Source: an uncultured Pelagibacteraceae bacterium (GTDB taxonomy: Bacteria > Pseudomonadota > Alphaproteobacteria > Pelagibacterales > AG-422-B15). Taken from it: a DNA stretch of 64,000 bases. The notes beneath the pieces were generated by a model. The model made no database searches and had not been told where the DNA came from. It worked only from the letters and a program-made list of their open reading frames with translations. The DNA lies in assembly GCA_902619105.1 (NCBI GenBank), contig CACNCV010000002.1, positions 17,092 through 81,091 on the forward strand. Direction: 5' to 3'. The number at the start of each line of letters is the position of its first letter. Position 1 is the first letter of the stretch. Below, one piece after another: positions 49,645 through 59,169 of this stretch. The translations under genes and the position numbers were made by a program.

Positions 49645-52011
49645 CTATAATGCCTGCAATTCCTTTGCAAAAGAAAAAGCTTTATATATTCGATCTTTAT
49701 TTGATGTTTTTTGGTAATTATACACCAATGTTTGGTCTGATCTTAACTTTAAGTCATACTTATATTGAGACATAAATTCAACCAGTTGGTCTGTTTTTTC
49801 GAAATGATTATTTTTAAATTTTATAGTTAAACCTTTATTTCCAATATCAAATTTTTCTATTTTCAACTGTTTACATATAATTCTAAGCTCAGTGATGTTA
49901 TACAGATGCTCAACCTCTTTAGGTGCTTCACCAAATCGCTCACTCATTTCTTCCTTAATTTTTCTTAATTCCTCACTCGAACTTAAGTAGGCAAGCTGCC
50001 GGTAATAAAACAGTCTAGTGTTCAAATTTGGCATATACTTTTCAGGTATTAAGACGCTTAAACCAAGATTTATTTGTGGAGACCACTCATTATCAACTGT
50101 CGATGTATCTGATTTTAATTCCAATATCTTATCTTTCAGCAATTTATGGTAAAGTTCGAGACCAACTTCTCTAATATGCCCAGATTGAGCATCGCCTATA
50201 ATGTTTCCTGATCCTCTCATATCTAAATCATGACTCGAAAGATTAAAACTTGAGCCTCTAGAATTAAATTTTTTAAGAAGCATAAGTCTTTTGTAAGCAT
50301 TTTCAGTTATTCCATTGATGTCTTTAACTGTATAAAAACAAAATGCTTCAATATTAGATCTGCCAATTCGTCCTCTTAACTGATAAAGTTGAGATAATCC
50401 AAATTTATCAGAATTATGAATAATCATTGTGTTAGTTTTCTGCAAATCCAGACCCGACTCGACAATTGTGGTACACAGTAATAATTGAAATTCATTATTA
50501 TAAAAATCAATCATCGTATTTTTAAGGTTTTTGGACGGCATTTGACCGTGGGCAATTTGATACTTTACATTTGGAAGTTTACTTTTTAAAAAATCCTCAA
50601 CTTCTTTTAATTCGTTAATTCTTGGGCAGACATAATACACCTGGCCATTACGACTTAATTCATATTCAATTGCAGAGATTATTTTTTCATCATTAAAATC
50701 AATAACTTCAGTATTTATATTTTGCCTATTTAATGGTGCTGTAGAAATAATTGACAAATCCCTGAGACCTACAAGTGACATTTGTAACGTGCGTGGTATT
50801 GGCGTAGCTGTTAAAGCAAGCACATGTACATTTGACCGCAATGACTTAATTTTTTCTTTTTGAGAAACTCCAAAGTGCTGCTCTTCATCAATAATCAGCA
50901 TACCTAATTTTTTAAATTTAATTTTACTGTTAAGAAGTGCATGTGTCCCAACAACTACATCACTTTCTCCACTATTAATTCTTTCAATAATTTTATTGTT
51001 TTCAGAAGTTGAGTTTAATCTTGAGATTTGGTCTATTTTCAATGGAAAGTTTTTGAATCTTTTTGTAAAATTTTCATAGTGTTGACTGCATAGTAGTGTT
51101 GTTGGAACAATAAATGCAACTTGAGCACCGCTCATGGCTACGTTGAATGCTCCTCTTAATGCAACTTCTGTCTTACCAAAGCCAACATCGCCACATATCA
51201 AACGGTCCATTGGAAGTCCACTGTTTAGATCAAACAGTAATTCTGATGTTACATTTGCTTGATCTTCGGTATCCTGAAATTCAAATTCATTTATAAAATT
51301 TGAATAATAAGGTTCTTGAACGGTATATTTTGTCGCTTCTTTTAGAGATCTTTCTGCCGCAACTTTTATTAAATCTTCGGCAATTTCATTTATTTTATTT
51401 TTTGCGCTAGCTTTTCTAAATTGCCAATTTGAACTTCCAAGTTTATCAATTTGTGCGAATTCACTATTCCCACCGTACTTTGACAAAAGTTCAATATTCT
51501 CAACAGGTACATAAAGTTTATCATTATTGAAATATGATATTTCAATGCAATCATGATCGTTTTCTAGGACAGTAACATTTTTTAATCCATTAAATTTTCC
51601 TATTCCATGATCAACATGAACAATTAGATCATCTTGTTCAAAAGTACTTAGATCAGTTAAAAAAGTATCTGCTTTAATTGTTCGTTTGCTTTGATTGAAA
51701 GAGAACTCATTAAAGGGTTTGATTATGAGTCTGAACAGACTTTGTATCGATTTTTGATTTTTAGGATTAAATTCCTCAAATTTTTCGATCTCATCACCAA
51801 ATAAGTTAATACGAACTGGATTCTTGAAGTCTGTTGGAAAAATATCAATAACATCTCCTTTTACAGAGAATTCACCATTTTCACGAATTGAACTTACGCG
51901 TGCATAACCATTGGCAGATAAATAGTTAATTGTTCTTTCATAATCAAATTTTTCATCAATGTTGATATTTAAATTCTCATTAACTTGAGTCTTTAAGCGT
52001 GGTTTCGTCAT
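49645..52011 (-). CDS. mfd: Transcription-repair coupling factor, shortened (788 aa)
   Basis: UvrB-interaction domain, CarD-like RID (VHVDHGIG), CGDVGFGKTEV, DEEQHFG, QLRGRIGRS, C-terminal TRCF. Confidence 0.93.
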   Translation of the reverse strand: MTKPRLKTQVNENLNINIDEKFDYERTINYLSANGYARVSSIRENGEFSVKGDVIDIFPTDFKNPVRINLFGDEIEKFEEFNPKNQKSIQSLFRLIIKPFNEFSFNQSKRTIKADTFLTDLSTFEQDDLIVHVDHGIGKFNGLKNVTVLENDHDCIEISYFNNDKLYVPVENIELLSKYGGNSEFAQIDKLGSSNWQFRKASAKNKINEIAEDLIKVAAERSLKEATKYTVQEPYYSNFINEFEFQDTEDQANVTSELLFDLNSGLPMDRLICGDVGFGKTEVALRGAFNVAMSGAQVAFIVPTTLLCSQHYENFTKRFKNFPLKIDQISRLNSTSENNKIIERINSGESDVVVGTHALLNSKIKFKKLGMLIIDEEQHFGVSQKEKIKSLRSNVHVLALTATPIPRTLQMSLVGLRDLSIISTAPLNRQNINTEVIDFNDEKIISAIEYELSRNGQVYYVCPRINELKEVEDFLKSKLPNVKYQIAHGQMPSKNLKNTMIDFYNNEFQLLLCTTIVESGLDLQKTNTMIIHNSDKFGLSQLYQLRGRIGRSNIEAFCFYTVKDINGITENAYKRLMLLKKFNSRGSSFNLSSHDLDMRGSGNIIGDAQSGHIREVGLELYHKLLKDKILELKSDTSTVDNEWSPQINLGLSVLIPEKYMPNLNTRLFYYRQLAYLSSSEELRKIKEEMSERFGEAPKEVEHLYNITELRIICKQLKIEKFDIGNKGLTIKFKNNHFEKTDQLVEFMSQYKYDLKLRSDQTLVYNYQKTSNKDRIYKAFSFAKELQAL

Positions 52012-52271
52012 TTTTTAAGCATCGTAAAATCTTTGAGTAAATGCATGACGCGATTGTCAATTTCTTTTGGAATTGTCACCTTATCTAGCGCATATCGATA
52101 TATGTCATTATCATCAAGTTCTAATATAGCCTCTAACATTTGAAGCTCACCTTCATTAAACAATTTGATGTATTTCTCAACAAAAGATCCCAAGAGAATA
52201 TCCATTTCCTTTGACCCCCGATGGGAGGATTTGAACTGAAGCTTTTTTTGAAGTGTATGTAAATCGTTCAT
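52008..52271 (-). CDS. sdhE: FAD assembly factor SdhE
   Basis: HRGSKEMDILL motif; sdhE-mfd divergent from recG. Confidence 0.92.
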   Translation of the reverse strand: MNDLHTLQKKLQFKSSHRGSKEMDILLGSFVEKYIKLFNEGELQMLEAILELDDNDIYRYALDKVTIPKEIDNRVMHLLKDFTMLKK

Positions 52272-52304
52272 ATTTTTTTTATCGATCTTTGATACAATAC
52301 ATAT

Positions 52305-54362
52305 ATGAGGCCAAAGATCTTATACAAGCTTTTTTCAAATATAATGACGATTAAAGGGATTGGACCAAAGAACGCTAAAATAATTGAGAGATTATGCGGT
52401 AAATACATTGTTGATTTATTATTCCATAAACCAGCCGCATACATAGACAGAAGAAACAGTCCTAAGATTGTTGATTTGGAAGAAGGAAGTATTGCAACTG
52501 TCGTTGTTAAAATTGATAGTCACACACCGGCTTTTAATAGAAGAATGCCATATCGAGTAAATGTCTCGGATGACAGCGGACAAATGTCGGTCGTTTATTT
52601 TAATCTACGAGGTCCATACATAAAAAAAATCTTACCGATCGGAAGCACTAGGGTTATTAGTGGTAAAATTGAAAAATTTAACGATTTGTATCAAATTACA
52701 CACCCACATCATGTAGTTGATATTAAAAACTTAGATTCTGTTAAAAAGATTGAGTGTGTTTACCCATTAACGGCAGGAATGACATCTAAAATTATCCAAA
52801 AATCAATTAATTCTGCACTTAGTATGGTTGATGAATTGCCTGAATGGATACCTGAGAAAGTTTTAGAAAGAAACAAATGGCCATCATGGAAAGACTCTAT
52901 TTATCAAATGCATAACCCAAAAGATGTGAAAGAAAATGATGATAATAAATATATAGAACGGCTTGTTTTTGATGAGTTGTTCTCTCAACAGTTAACAATT
53001 AGATTAATTAAAAACAAAATTAGTCATAAAAATGGAATTTCACTTCCTAGAAAAAATAAATTATCAAAACAATTAAGAGATCAATTGAAATTTCAACTCA
53101 CTGGTGATCAAGAAACAACTATTGAAGAAATTTCTAACGATCAAGAAGGTTCAAGTAAAATGTTAAGACTTCTACAAGGAGATGTAGGTAGCGGGAAAAC
53201 CATTGTTGCATTATTTGCTATGATGCAATGCATTGAAAATAATAAAAGATCAGTTTTAATGGCACCAACAGAAATTCTTGCTGAGCAGCATTTTAATACA
53301 ATCAAAGAATTTATTAGTGATTTAAACCTAACATGTTCACTAATTACATCCTCTAATAAAAATAATCATAATTTTGAAGCAGACATTATTATTGGAACAC
53401 ATGCATTATTTCAGCAAAAAGTAAACTTTGAAAATATAGGCTTGGTTGTCATTGATGAACAACATAAGTTTGGAGTGCACCAAAGGATTTTATTAAATGA
53501 AAAAGCAGGAAATAGTTGTGACATATTATTGATGACTGCTACTCCCATACCTCGAACGATGGAATTGGCAGCGTATGGAGATATGGATATATCCAAAATT
53601 TCTGAAAAACCTAAAAACAGAAAGGAAATAATTACCAAATCAATCAATATCAATAAAATTGACCAACTAAAAGAAAGCCTTACAAAAATATTAAATAAGA
53701 AACAAAAGATTTACTGGGTCTGCCCTTTAATTGATGAGTCTGAAAAGCTTCAGTTGCAATCAGTCAATTCAAGGGTCAATGACTTAAAAAAATATTACTC
53801 ATCAAACATTGTTGGTTTAGTTCACGGTCAAATGTCTCAAGATGAAAAAAATGATGTCATGTCAAAGTTTAAAGATAATAAAATAGATATTTTAGTCGCA
53901 ACTTCAGTAATAGAAGTAGGAATAGACGACCCTGATGCAACTGTAATGATTATTGAGAATTCTGAGAGGTATGGCCTATCACAACTTCATCAACTTCGAG
54001 GAAGAGTTGGCAGAGGAAATGCACAGTCAACATGCATATTACTTTTTGAAGGGCCACTCACCGATAATGCTAAACGAAGATTAAAAGTGATGAAGGAGAC
54101 AAACGATGGTTTCTTAATCGCCGAAGAAGACCTTGATATTCGAGGTGCTGGGGAAATATTAGGCTCAAAACAAAGTGGTATTCCAAATTTTAGATTATCA
54201 AATCTAGATAAGCATAAGCATATACTCGAGGAAGCGAGAGGTGTTGCCATGGATATCGTTAAAGAAGATCCGGATTTAAAAAAATCTGCAGGCAAAGCAC
54301 AAAGGACACTTTTGCATCTATTTAGAAATCAAGTTGCAATCGATTATTTGAAAACTGGCTAA
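52305..54362 (+). CDS. recG: ATP-dependent DNA helicase RecG
   Basis: QGDVGSGKT, DEQHKFGV, TATPIPRT and QLRGRVGRG motifs. Confidence 0.96.
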   Translation: MRPKILYKLFSNIMTIKGIGPKNAKIIERLCGKYIVDLLFHKPAAYIDRRNSPKIVDLEEGSIATVVVKIDSHTPAFNRRMPYRVNVSDDSGQMSVVYFNLRGPYIKKILPIGSTRVISGKIEKFNDLYQITHPHHVVDIKNLDSVKKIECVYPLTAGMTSKIIQKSINSALSMVDELPEWIPEKVLERNKWPSWKDSIYQMHNPKDVKENDDNKYIERLVFDELFSQQLTIRLIKNKISHKNGISLPRKNKLSKQLRDQLKFQLTGDQETTIEEISNDQEGSSKMLRLLQGDVGSGKTIVALFAMMQCIENNKRSVLMAPTEILAEQHFNTIKEFISDLNLTCSLITSSNKNNHNFEADIIIGTHALFQQKVNFENIGLVVIDEQHKFGVHQRILLNEKAGNSCDILLMTATPIPRTMELAAYGDMDISKISEKPKNRKEIITKSININKIDQLKESLTKILNKKQKIYWVCPLIDESEKLQLQSVNSRVNDLKKYYSSNIVGLVHGQMSQDEKNDVMSKFKDNKIDILVATSVIEVGIDDPDATVMIIENSERYGLSQLHQLRGRVGRGNAQSTCILLFEGPLTDNAKRRLKVMKETNDGFLIAEEDLDIRGAGEILGSKQSGIPNFRLSNLDKHKHILEEARGVAMDIVKEDPDLKKSAGKAQRTLLHLFRNQVAIDYLKTG

Positions 54363-55001
54363 CTACTTCCTTGGTGGAACCACCATACCGGCTGATACAA
54401 CTAATTTAATCGCATCTTCAACAGACATATCGAGTTCAACGATATCATCTTTAGGTATGAAGAGTAAAAACCCTGAGGTAGGATTTGGTGTGGTTGGAAC
54501 AAATACATTGACCATTTCTATTTTTTGTCTTTCCTTAATCTCACCTTTTGTCTCACCAGTCATAAAGCCAATTGCATATATATCTTTTCTTGGATACTCG
54601 ATGAGAACAACTTTTTGATACGCTGAATCTGTATTTGAGAATGTCTCAGTGATCTGTTTGATAGCTTTATAGACATTACCAGCTAATGGAATACGTGTAA
54701 TAAGATTGTCAAAATAACCAAGAATGGCTTTTCCAAATAAGGTTGAAAATATTAGACCAATTAAGATAAAAGATAGAAATGCTATAATTAATTCTAGGCC
54801 AGGAATTTTATAGCCAATGATCTCAGGTAGCAGCCCATTTGGGTTAAATCTGTCTGGAACCAGACCAGCAATAAATTCGACAATAAATATTGTAATGTAA
54901 ATCGTCGCTCCAATTGGCGCCGATATTAAAAGACCTGTAAAAAAGTACCTTTTAATAAAATTAATGACTGGGTTTCCTTTTTTCTTATTTGCATCTGCCA
55001 T
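54363..55001 (-). CDS. DUF502 family membrane protein
   Basis: EYPRK and FVPTTPNPTSGFL motifs. Confidence 0.9.
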   Translation of the reverse strand: MADANKKKGNPVINFIKRYFFTGLLISAPIGATIYITIFIVEFIAGLVPDRFNPNGLLPEIIGYKIPGLELIIAFLSFILIGLIFSTLFGKAILGYFDNLITRIPLAGNVYKAIKQITETFSNTDSAYQKVVLIEYPRKDIYAIGFMTGETKGEIKERQKIEMVNVFVPTTPNPTSGFLLFIPKDDIVELDMSVEDAIKLVVSAGMVVPPRK

Positions 55002-55075
55002 AGGTTTTAAATAGACTGAATCATTAAAAAAATTTTAAAGAGATTATCATATTTTTGGGGTTAATATAATCAATA

Positions 55076-56578
55076 ATGGCTATTTTCAAAGAATATACAA
55101 ATTATGATGGTTTGGGCATAGCCGAATTAATTAGAAATAAAGAAATATCCCCTATTGATCCTCTTGATAGTGCCATTGATCTAATTGAAAAACTGAACCC
55201 TAAATTAAATGCAGTGCATCGTACAATGTATCACTATGCATTCGAGTCAATAAATAGAAACAAAGATTTAAATGGAACTTTTATTGGAGTTCCATTTCTT
55301 ATGAAAGACATGGATAGTTCTTTAGCTAACTATCACATGATGCAAGGCAGCAAGTATTTAAAAAACACTAAAATGCCTTACGACAATCACCTCACAAGAC
55401 AATTTAGAGAAACTGGTGCTGTTATATGTGGAAAATCTGCAACACCTGAATACGGTCTCATGGTTACAACTGAGCCAACTGAATTCGGCCCAACGAGAAA
55501 TCCTTGGGATACCAATAGAACGACAGGTGGTTCAAGTGGTGGTGCAGCTTCAGCTGTTTCAAGTCGAATAGTTCCTATTGCACATGCAAGTGATGGTGGT
55601 GGATCAATTCGAATTCCCGCTGCATCATGCGGTCTGGTTGGATTAAAGCCTAATAGAGCAAGAACATCATTTGCGCCTTCTCACGGTGATAAATGGGGAG
55701 GCCTTACCCACTCCGGTATTGTTTCTCGAACAGTCAGAGACACGGCTCATATGTATGATTGTTTGTTTGGAAACGTTGTGGGTGATCCTTATGGCATTCC
55801 ATACAAAAAAGGTTCTCTTGTTGAAGCTCTGAGTAAAAAAAATAAACTTAAGATTGGGTTTAATCTTAAAAGTCCTGTTGGAATTGAACCCTCCCCTGAT
55901 GCAATTGAAGCAATTAAATTCAATGCCAAATTATGTGAAGACTTAGGTCACGATGTTGAAGAAATGAATTTCAGTTATGACGGACTTCTTGCTGCAAGAG
56001 CATTTACAATAACTATATCCTCTCATGTAACCCAGATGTTTAATGAATTGAAAGATGTTGTTGGAAGAGGATTTAAGAAAAATGAAATTGAAACTGCAAC
56101 TAGACTATTTAATTATTTGGGTAAAAGTTTCAGAGCGAGTGACTACACTTGGGCTCGTTATACTATGCAAAAGATTGCTCGATCGGTAATGGAAGAAACT
56201 GATAAGTATGATGTAGTCTTGACTCCTATCATATCTCAGAAACCTCCTCTGATTGGCGAGATTAGACCAAACAAACAAGCAAGTATTTTAAGTGAAATTA
56301 TCATGACTTTAAAATTGGGTTGGGTATTTCGTATTCAATCAATCAGAGACTCTATTCTTAATAACTTAGCACCTGAGAGTTTATGGTACTCGCCTGATGC
56401 AATGCTTCAGAACATTACTGGACAGCCATCAATTTCATTACCAACATATTGGACTAGTGATAATTTACCTTTGGGCGTACAATTTGCATCAAGATACGCA
56501 GATGAAGAAACATTAATTTCTCTGGCCGCTCAATTAGAAGAAGCATCGCCGTGGATAGATAAAATACCTAACGTATAA
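55076..56578 (+). CDS. Amidase signature family enzyme
   Basis: MKD Lys, GGSSGG and DGGGSIRIPAA motifs. Confidence 0.9.
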   Translation: MAIFKEYTNYDGLGIAELIRNKEISPIDPLDSAIDLIEKLNPKLNAVHRTMYHYAFESINRNKDLNGTFIGVPFLMKDMDSSLANYHMMQGSKYLKNTKMPYDNHLTRQFRETGAVICGKSATPEYGLMVTTEPTEFGPTRNPWDTNRTTGGSSGGAASAVSSRIVPIAHASDGGGSIRIPAASCGLVGLKPNRARTSFAPSHGDKWGGLTHSGIVSRTVRDTAHMYDCLFGNVVGDPYGIPYKKGSLVEALSKKNKLKIGFNLKSPVGIEPSPDAIEAIKFNAKLCEDLGHDVEEMNFSYDGLLAARAFTITISSHVTQMFNELKDVVGRGFKKNEIETATRLFNYLGKSFRASDYTWARYTMQKIARSVMEETDKYDVVLTPIISQKPPLIGEIRPNKQASILSEIIMTLKLGWVFRIQSIRDSILNNLAPESLWYSPDAMLQNITGQPSISLPTYWTSDNLPLGVQFASRYADEETLISLAAQLEEASPWIDKIPNV

Positions 56579-56579
56579 T

Positions 56580-57284
56580 TTAGCTCAGCTGCTTTAGTTT
56601 TTGAAATCCAAATGTAAACATAAACATTGAGACGAGCATGGCGATCACAATAAGTTTTTGCAAGATTACATTGAGTCTAAGTATGTCCATTGAAACAAAT
56701 CTCACAAAGTTTTCTCGATCATTTACTGGATCAATTTGAGGCATATCTCCCATAAAAACGATATAAGCAACAACACTAGCAAGCAGTAAAAAAGCACCAA
56801 TTGTGTATATGTTGCTAGCTTTACTAAAATAAAAAGCGAGCATCAAGAATAATACTCCCGGTAAAGTCAGTCGAAAAGCAGTGAACACGGCAAATACGTG
56901 TGCATTAAAATACAAATCGCCAGGTGTCAAACCAACCATTGCATAAAAAATTGTTGATAGAAATATACAAATTGCACCTAACCAAGCAAAAATATAAGCC
57001 TTCTTATTTTCTCTAAAAAAGAATGGCATAAATAGAAATCCAAAACCTTGGGCAACAAATAAAAACATTGCGCTGTTGAAGAAAAAAGCAGATAAAAAAT
57101 TAATATCGTCAGAAAAAGTTTTGTAGAAACCTAATTCACTAAAAAAATTTCTTGTAAAATCGTAGCCAACTTGCGTGCTATCAAGATGATTACCTCCCGG
57201 AAAGAGTATTATCGCCACAAGATTCGCTAGTATAAAATAAACAATTACAAACCGAGGAATATGAACTGCCCAAAAAGTATTCAT
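56580..57284 (-). CDS. DUF998-like multi-TM membrane protein
   Basis: FPGG...GYDFTRNFFSELG motif; about 5 TMs. Confidence 0.6.
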   Translation of the reverse strand: MNTFWAVHIPRFVIVYFILANLVAIILFPGGNHLDSTQVGYDFTRNFFSELGFYKTFSDDINFLSAFFFNSAMFLFVAQGFGFLFMPFFFRENKKAYIFAWLGAICIFLSTIFYAMVGLTPGDLYFNAHVFAVFTAFRLTLPGVLFLMLAFYFSKASNIYTIGAFLLLASVVAYIVFMGDMPQIDPVNDRENFVRFVSMDILRLNVILQKLIVIAMLVSMFMFTFGFQKLKQLS

Positions 57285-57287
57285 GAT

Positions 57288-57368
57288 TTATGCTGAAAAA
57301 CTGGAGTATAATATAAAAACAACGAACGCAGCCACCATTACGTACATTATTTTATTGTCAAGATTCAT
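57288..57368 (-). CDS. Putative 26-aa single-TM small protein
   Basis: MNLDNKIMYVMVAAFVVFILYSSFSA fills the intergenic gap; stop is 3 nt before the next ATG. Confidence 0.5.
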   Translation of the reverse strand: MNLDNKIMYVMVAAFVVFILYSSFSA

Positions 57369-57391
57369 GAGTGAAATATAATATCGAACAT

Positions 57392-57733
57392 ATGGAAAAT
57401 CCACAAAGATATACAAATTATAATGATTTTTTTCCTTTCTATCTAAGAGAGCATAGTAAGAAAAGTACGAGAGTAATGCATTATTTTGGAACAATTGGCT
57501 ATCAAGTATTGTTCTGGTCACTTTTGCTAACTCAAAATTACTTGTTTTTACCACTAATCTTACTCGCTGGTTATGGACCAGCGTGGATTGGACATTTCTT
57601 TATAGAGAAAAATAAACCGGCTACGTTTAAATATCCTTTATGGTCACTCATTGGTGATCACCATATGGCTTATTTGATGCTTACAGGTAAACTTAAGAAA
57701 AAATTATCTGAAGCTGGTGTATCAGCTACTTAA
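57392..57733 (+). CDS. DUF962/Mpo1-like protein
   Basis: FFPFYLREH, GYGPAWIGHFFIEKNKPATFKYP motifs. Confidence 0.88.
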   Translation: MENPQRYTNYNDFFPFYLREHSKKSTRVMHYFGTIGYQVLFWSLLLTQNYLFLPLILLAGYGPAWIGHFFIEKNKPATFKYPLWSLIGDHHMAYLMLTGKLKKKLSEAGVSAT

Positions 57734-58144
57734 AACATAATACGCAGTTCCAAGAAACAATAACAACAAAGCAGTTTGAGAAAAAATCCATATGGCGCCT
57801 CTTGCTGCAGTGTTATTGAAACAGATATGTACAATGGAATGGATCACTCTAAATAATAAATATAACCATGCGCAAATTAGCAAAAATTTGCTTTCAACTT
57901 CAATAAAAACGATAACTCCGATTAGAAAATAAAAAATAACTGAAAACTCAAATATATTTGAAATATTATTTTTTATAATTTTTAAATATACTGGCGCATC
58001 TTTATAAGGTTCAATAGGAATTCCACTTTCCTCCCACTCCTTGCCTTTACCCATTAAATAAACTGATGCGATTGTATGAATTAATCCAATAACAAAAGTT
58101 AATAAAATAAGCCCAAGCGCTGGAACTAAAATATTAGTTAACAT
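57722..58144 (-). CDS. MAPEG family protein
   Basis: NIFEF and RVIHSIVH motifs; TGATG overlap with the upstream paralog. Confidence 0.8.
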   Translation of the reverse strand: MLTNILVPALGLILLTFVIGLIHTIASVYLMGKGKEWEESGIPIEPYKDAPVYLKIIKNNISNIFEFSVIFYFLIGVIVFIEVESKFLLICAWLYLLFRVIHSIVHICFNNTAARGAIWIFSQTALLLLFLGTAYYVLSS

Positions 58145-58581
58145 CAGATCATTAAAGAGCAGGCTCGATAAGCCATCCATGCTAGGATAATCGTAGACGG
58201 TAACCAAAATAGCGTTCTAACTGGTAATGCAACACCAGGTATGATTTTATTATAAAATATGTGAACAATTGAGTGTAGAACTCTTAACCAAAAGAACCAT
58301 GTTGCTAACAACATAAAATACTCATCAACTGTTCCCGTTACATAAATCATAATGCAAACAGCGTAAAAGAAGATTGGAAATTCGAACAAATTTGTCAAAT
58401 TTCGCTGACTATTTTGAATTAATTCGCTGCCGTTTTCAAATGTGGGTATTTTAAAATCATCTTCTGTATTCTTCTTATCGATGACAATGGCCTTTAGTCT
58501 AAGCACTGTTCCAAAGGCAAAAACAGCCAAAGAAAGCCACAGCATATTGATGACTGGCTCAAAAATTAATTCGGGTTGCAT
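58144..58581 (-). CDS. MAPEG family protein
   Basis: NLFEFP and RVLHSIVH motifs; SD aaggag before ATG 58581. Confidence 0.82.
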   Translation of the reverse strand: MQPELIFEPVINMLWLSLAVFAFGTVLRLKAIVIDKKNTEDDFKIPTFENGSELIQNSQRNLTNLFEFPIFFYAVCIMIYVTGTVDEYFMLLATWFFWLRVLHSIVHIFYNKIIPGVALPVRTLFWLPSTIILAWMAYRACSLMI

Positions 58582-58666
58582 AATAAACTCCTTGATTGAA
58601 ATAAGAATCCAGTAAATTATATATACTAATACAGTTTTAACCATATTTAATGAAAGGAGGTGGTCT

Positions 58667-58765
58667 ATGTCTATAGGTAGTATAGAGGAGCTTTGCTCGA
58701 GTAGTGAAATTCCATGTGATTGTAGATGTGGAAACCTCCACTTTTTGAGTGGAGCTCCGTTTTAA
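58667..58765 (+). CDS. Putative 32-aa Cys-rich small ORF
   Basis: SD GAAAGGAGGTG before ATG; MSIGSIEELCSSSEIPCDCRCGNLHFLSGAPF; followed by a terminator. Confidence 0.45.
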   Translation: MSIGSIEELCSSSEIPCDCRCGNLHFLSGAPF

Positions 58766-58772
58766 CTACATT

Positions 58773-58800
58773 AAGCCCCCATTAATTTGGGGGCTTTTTT
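58773..58800 (+). terminator. Rho-independent terminator
   Basis: aagccccc-attaattt-gggggctt followed by a T-run. Confidence 0.85.
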
Positions 58801-59169
58801 TTAAATCTTTAAATTTGGTTTAAATTTTCTTGTTTTATTTTTGTCATTGATAGCGACGTAAGAAAACTCCCCAACCGCCACTTCAACTTCCTTTTGGTTC
58901 ATTTCAGAGCGCATCGCAGTGATTTTGAATATCATTTTCGACTGCTTTACGGATACAATTGATCCGTAAACATTGATGAATTTACCAACATGCATTGGAT
59001 TTTTATATTTAACTTTAGATTCCACTAATACGGCATTTCCTTTTGAAACAAGCTGAGTCATATAAATGCCTCCATGTGCCATTTGTTTAACGATCCAGGC
59101 TCCATGAGCCGTACCATAAGGATTGCTATCCGGTGGTTGACATATATTTCTAATTAAAAGTTTACTCAT
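58801..59169 (-). CDS. Hotdog-fold acyl-CoA thioesterase-like protein (YciA family)
   Basis: PPDSNPYG...GAW...P.HVG pattern and C-terminal YVAIND; catalytic Asp apparently absent. Confidence 0.7.
   Translation of the reverse strand: MSKLLIRNICQPPDSNPYGTAHGAWIVKQMAHGGIYMTQLVSKGNAVLVESKVKYKNPMHVGKFINVYGSIVSVKQSKMIFKITAMRSEMNQKEVEVAVGEFSYVAINDKNKTRKFKPNLKI

Larger units (their letters stand above)
58652..58800 (+). ncRNA. Candidate structured small RNA (rod-like fold)
   Basis: 58687-58706 pairs with 58739-58758 (one mismatch, several G-U); apical stem 58710-17/58726-33; ends in a terminator. Confidence 0.4.

Noticed and set aside
57288-57554. 88-aa ORF-track call
   Set aside because: Mostly antisense to the DUF962 gene; only the last 26 codons are retained as a candidate.
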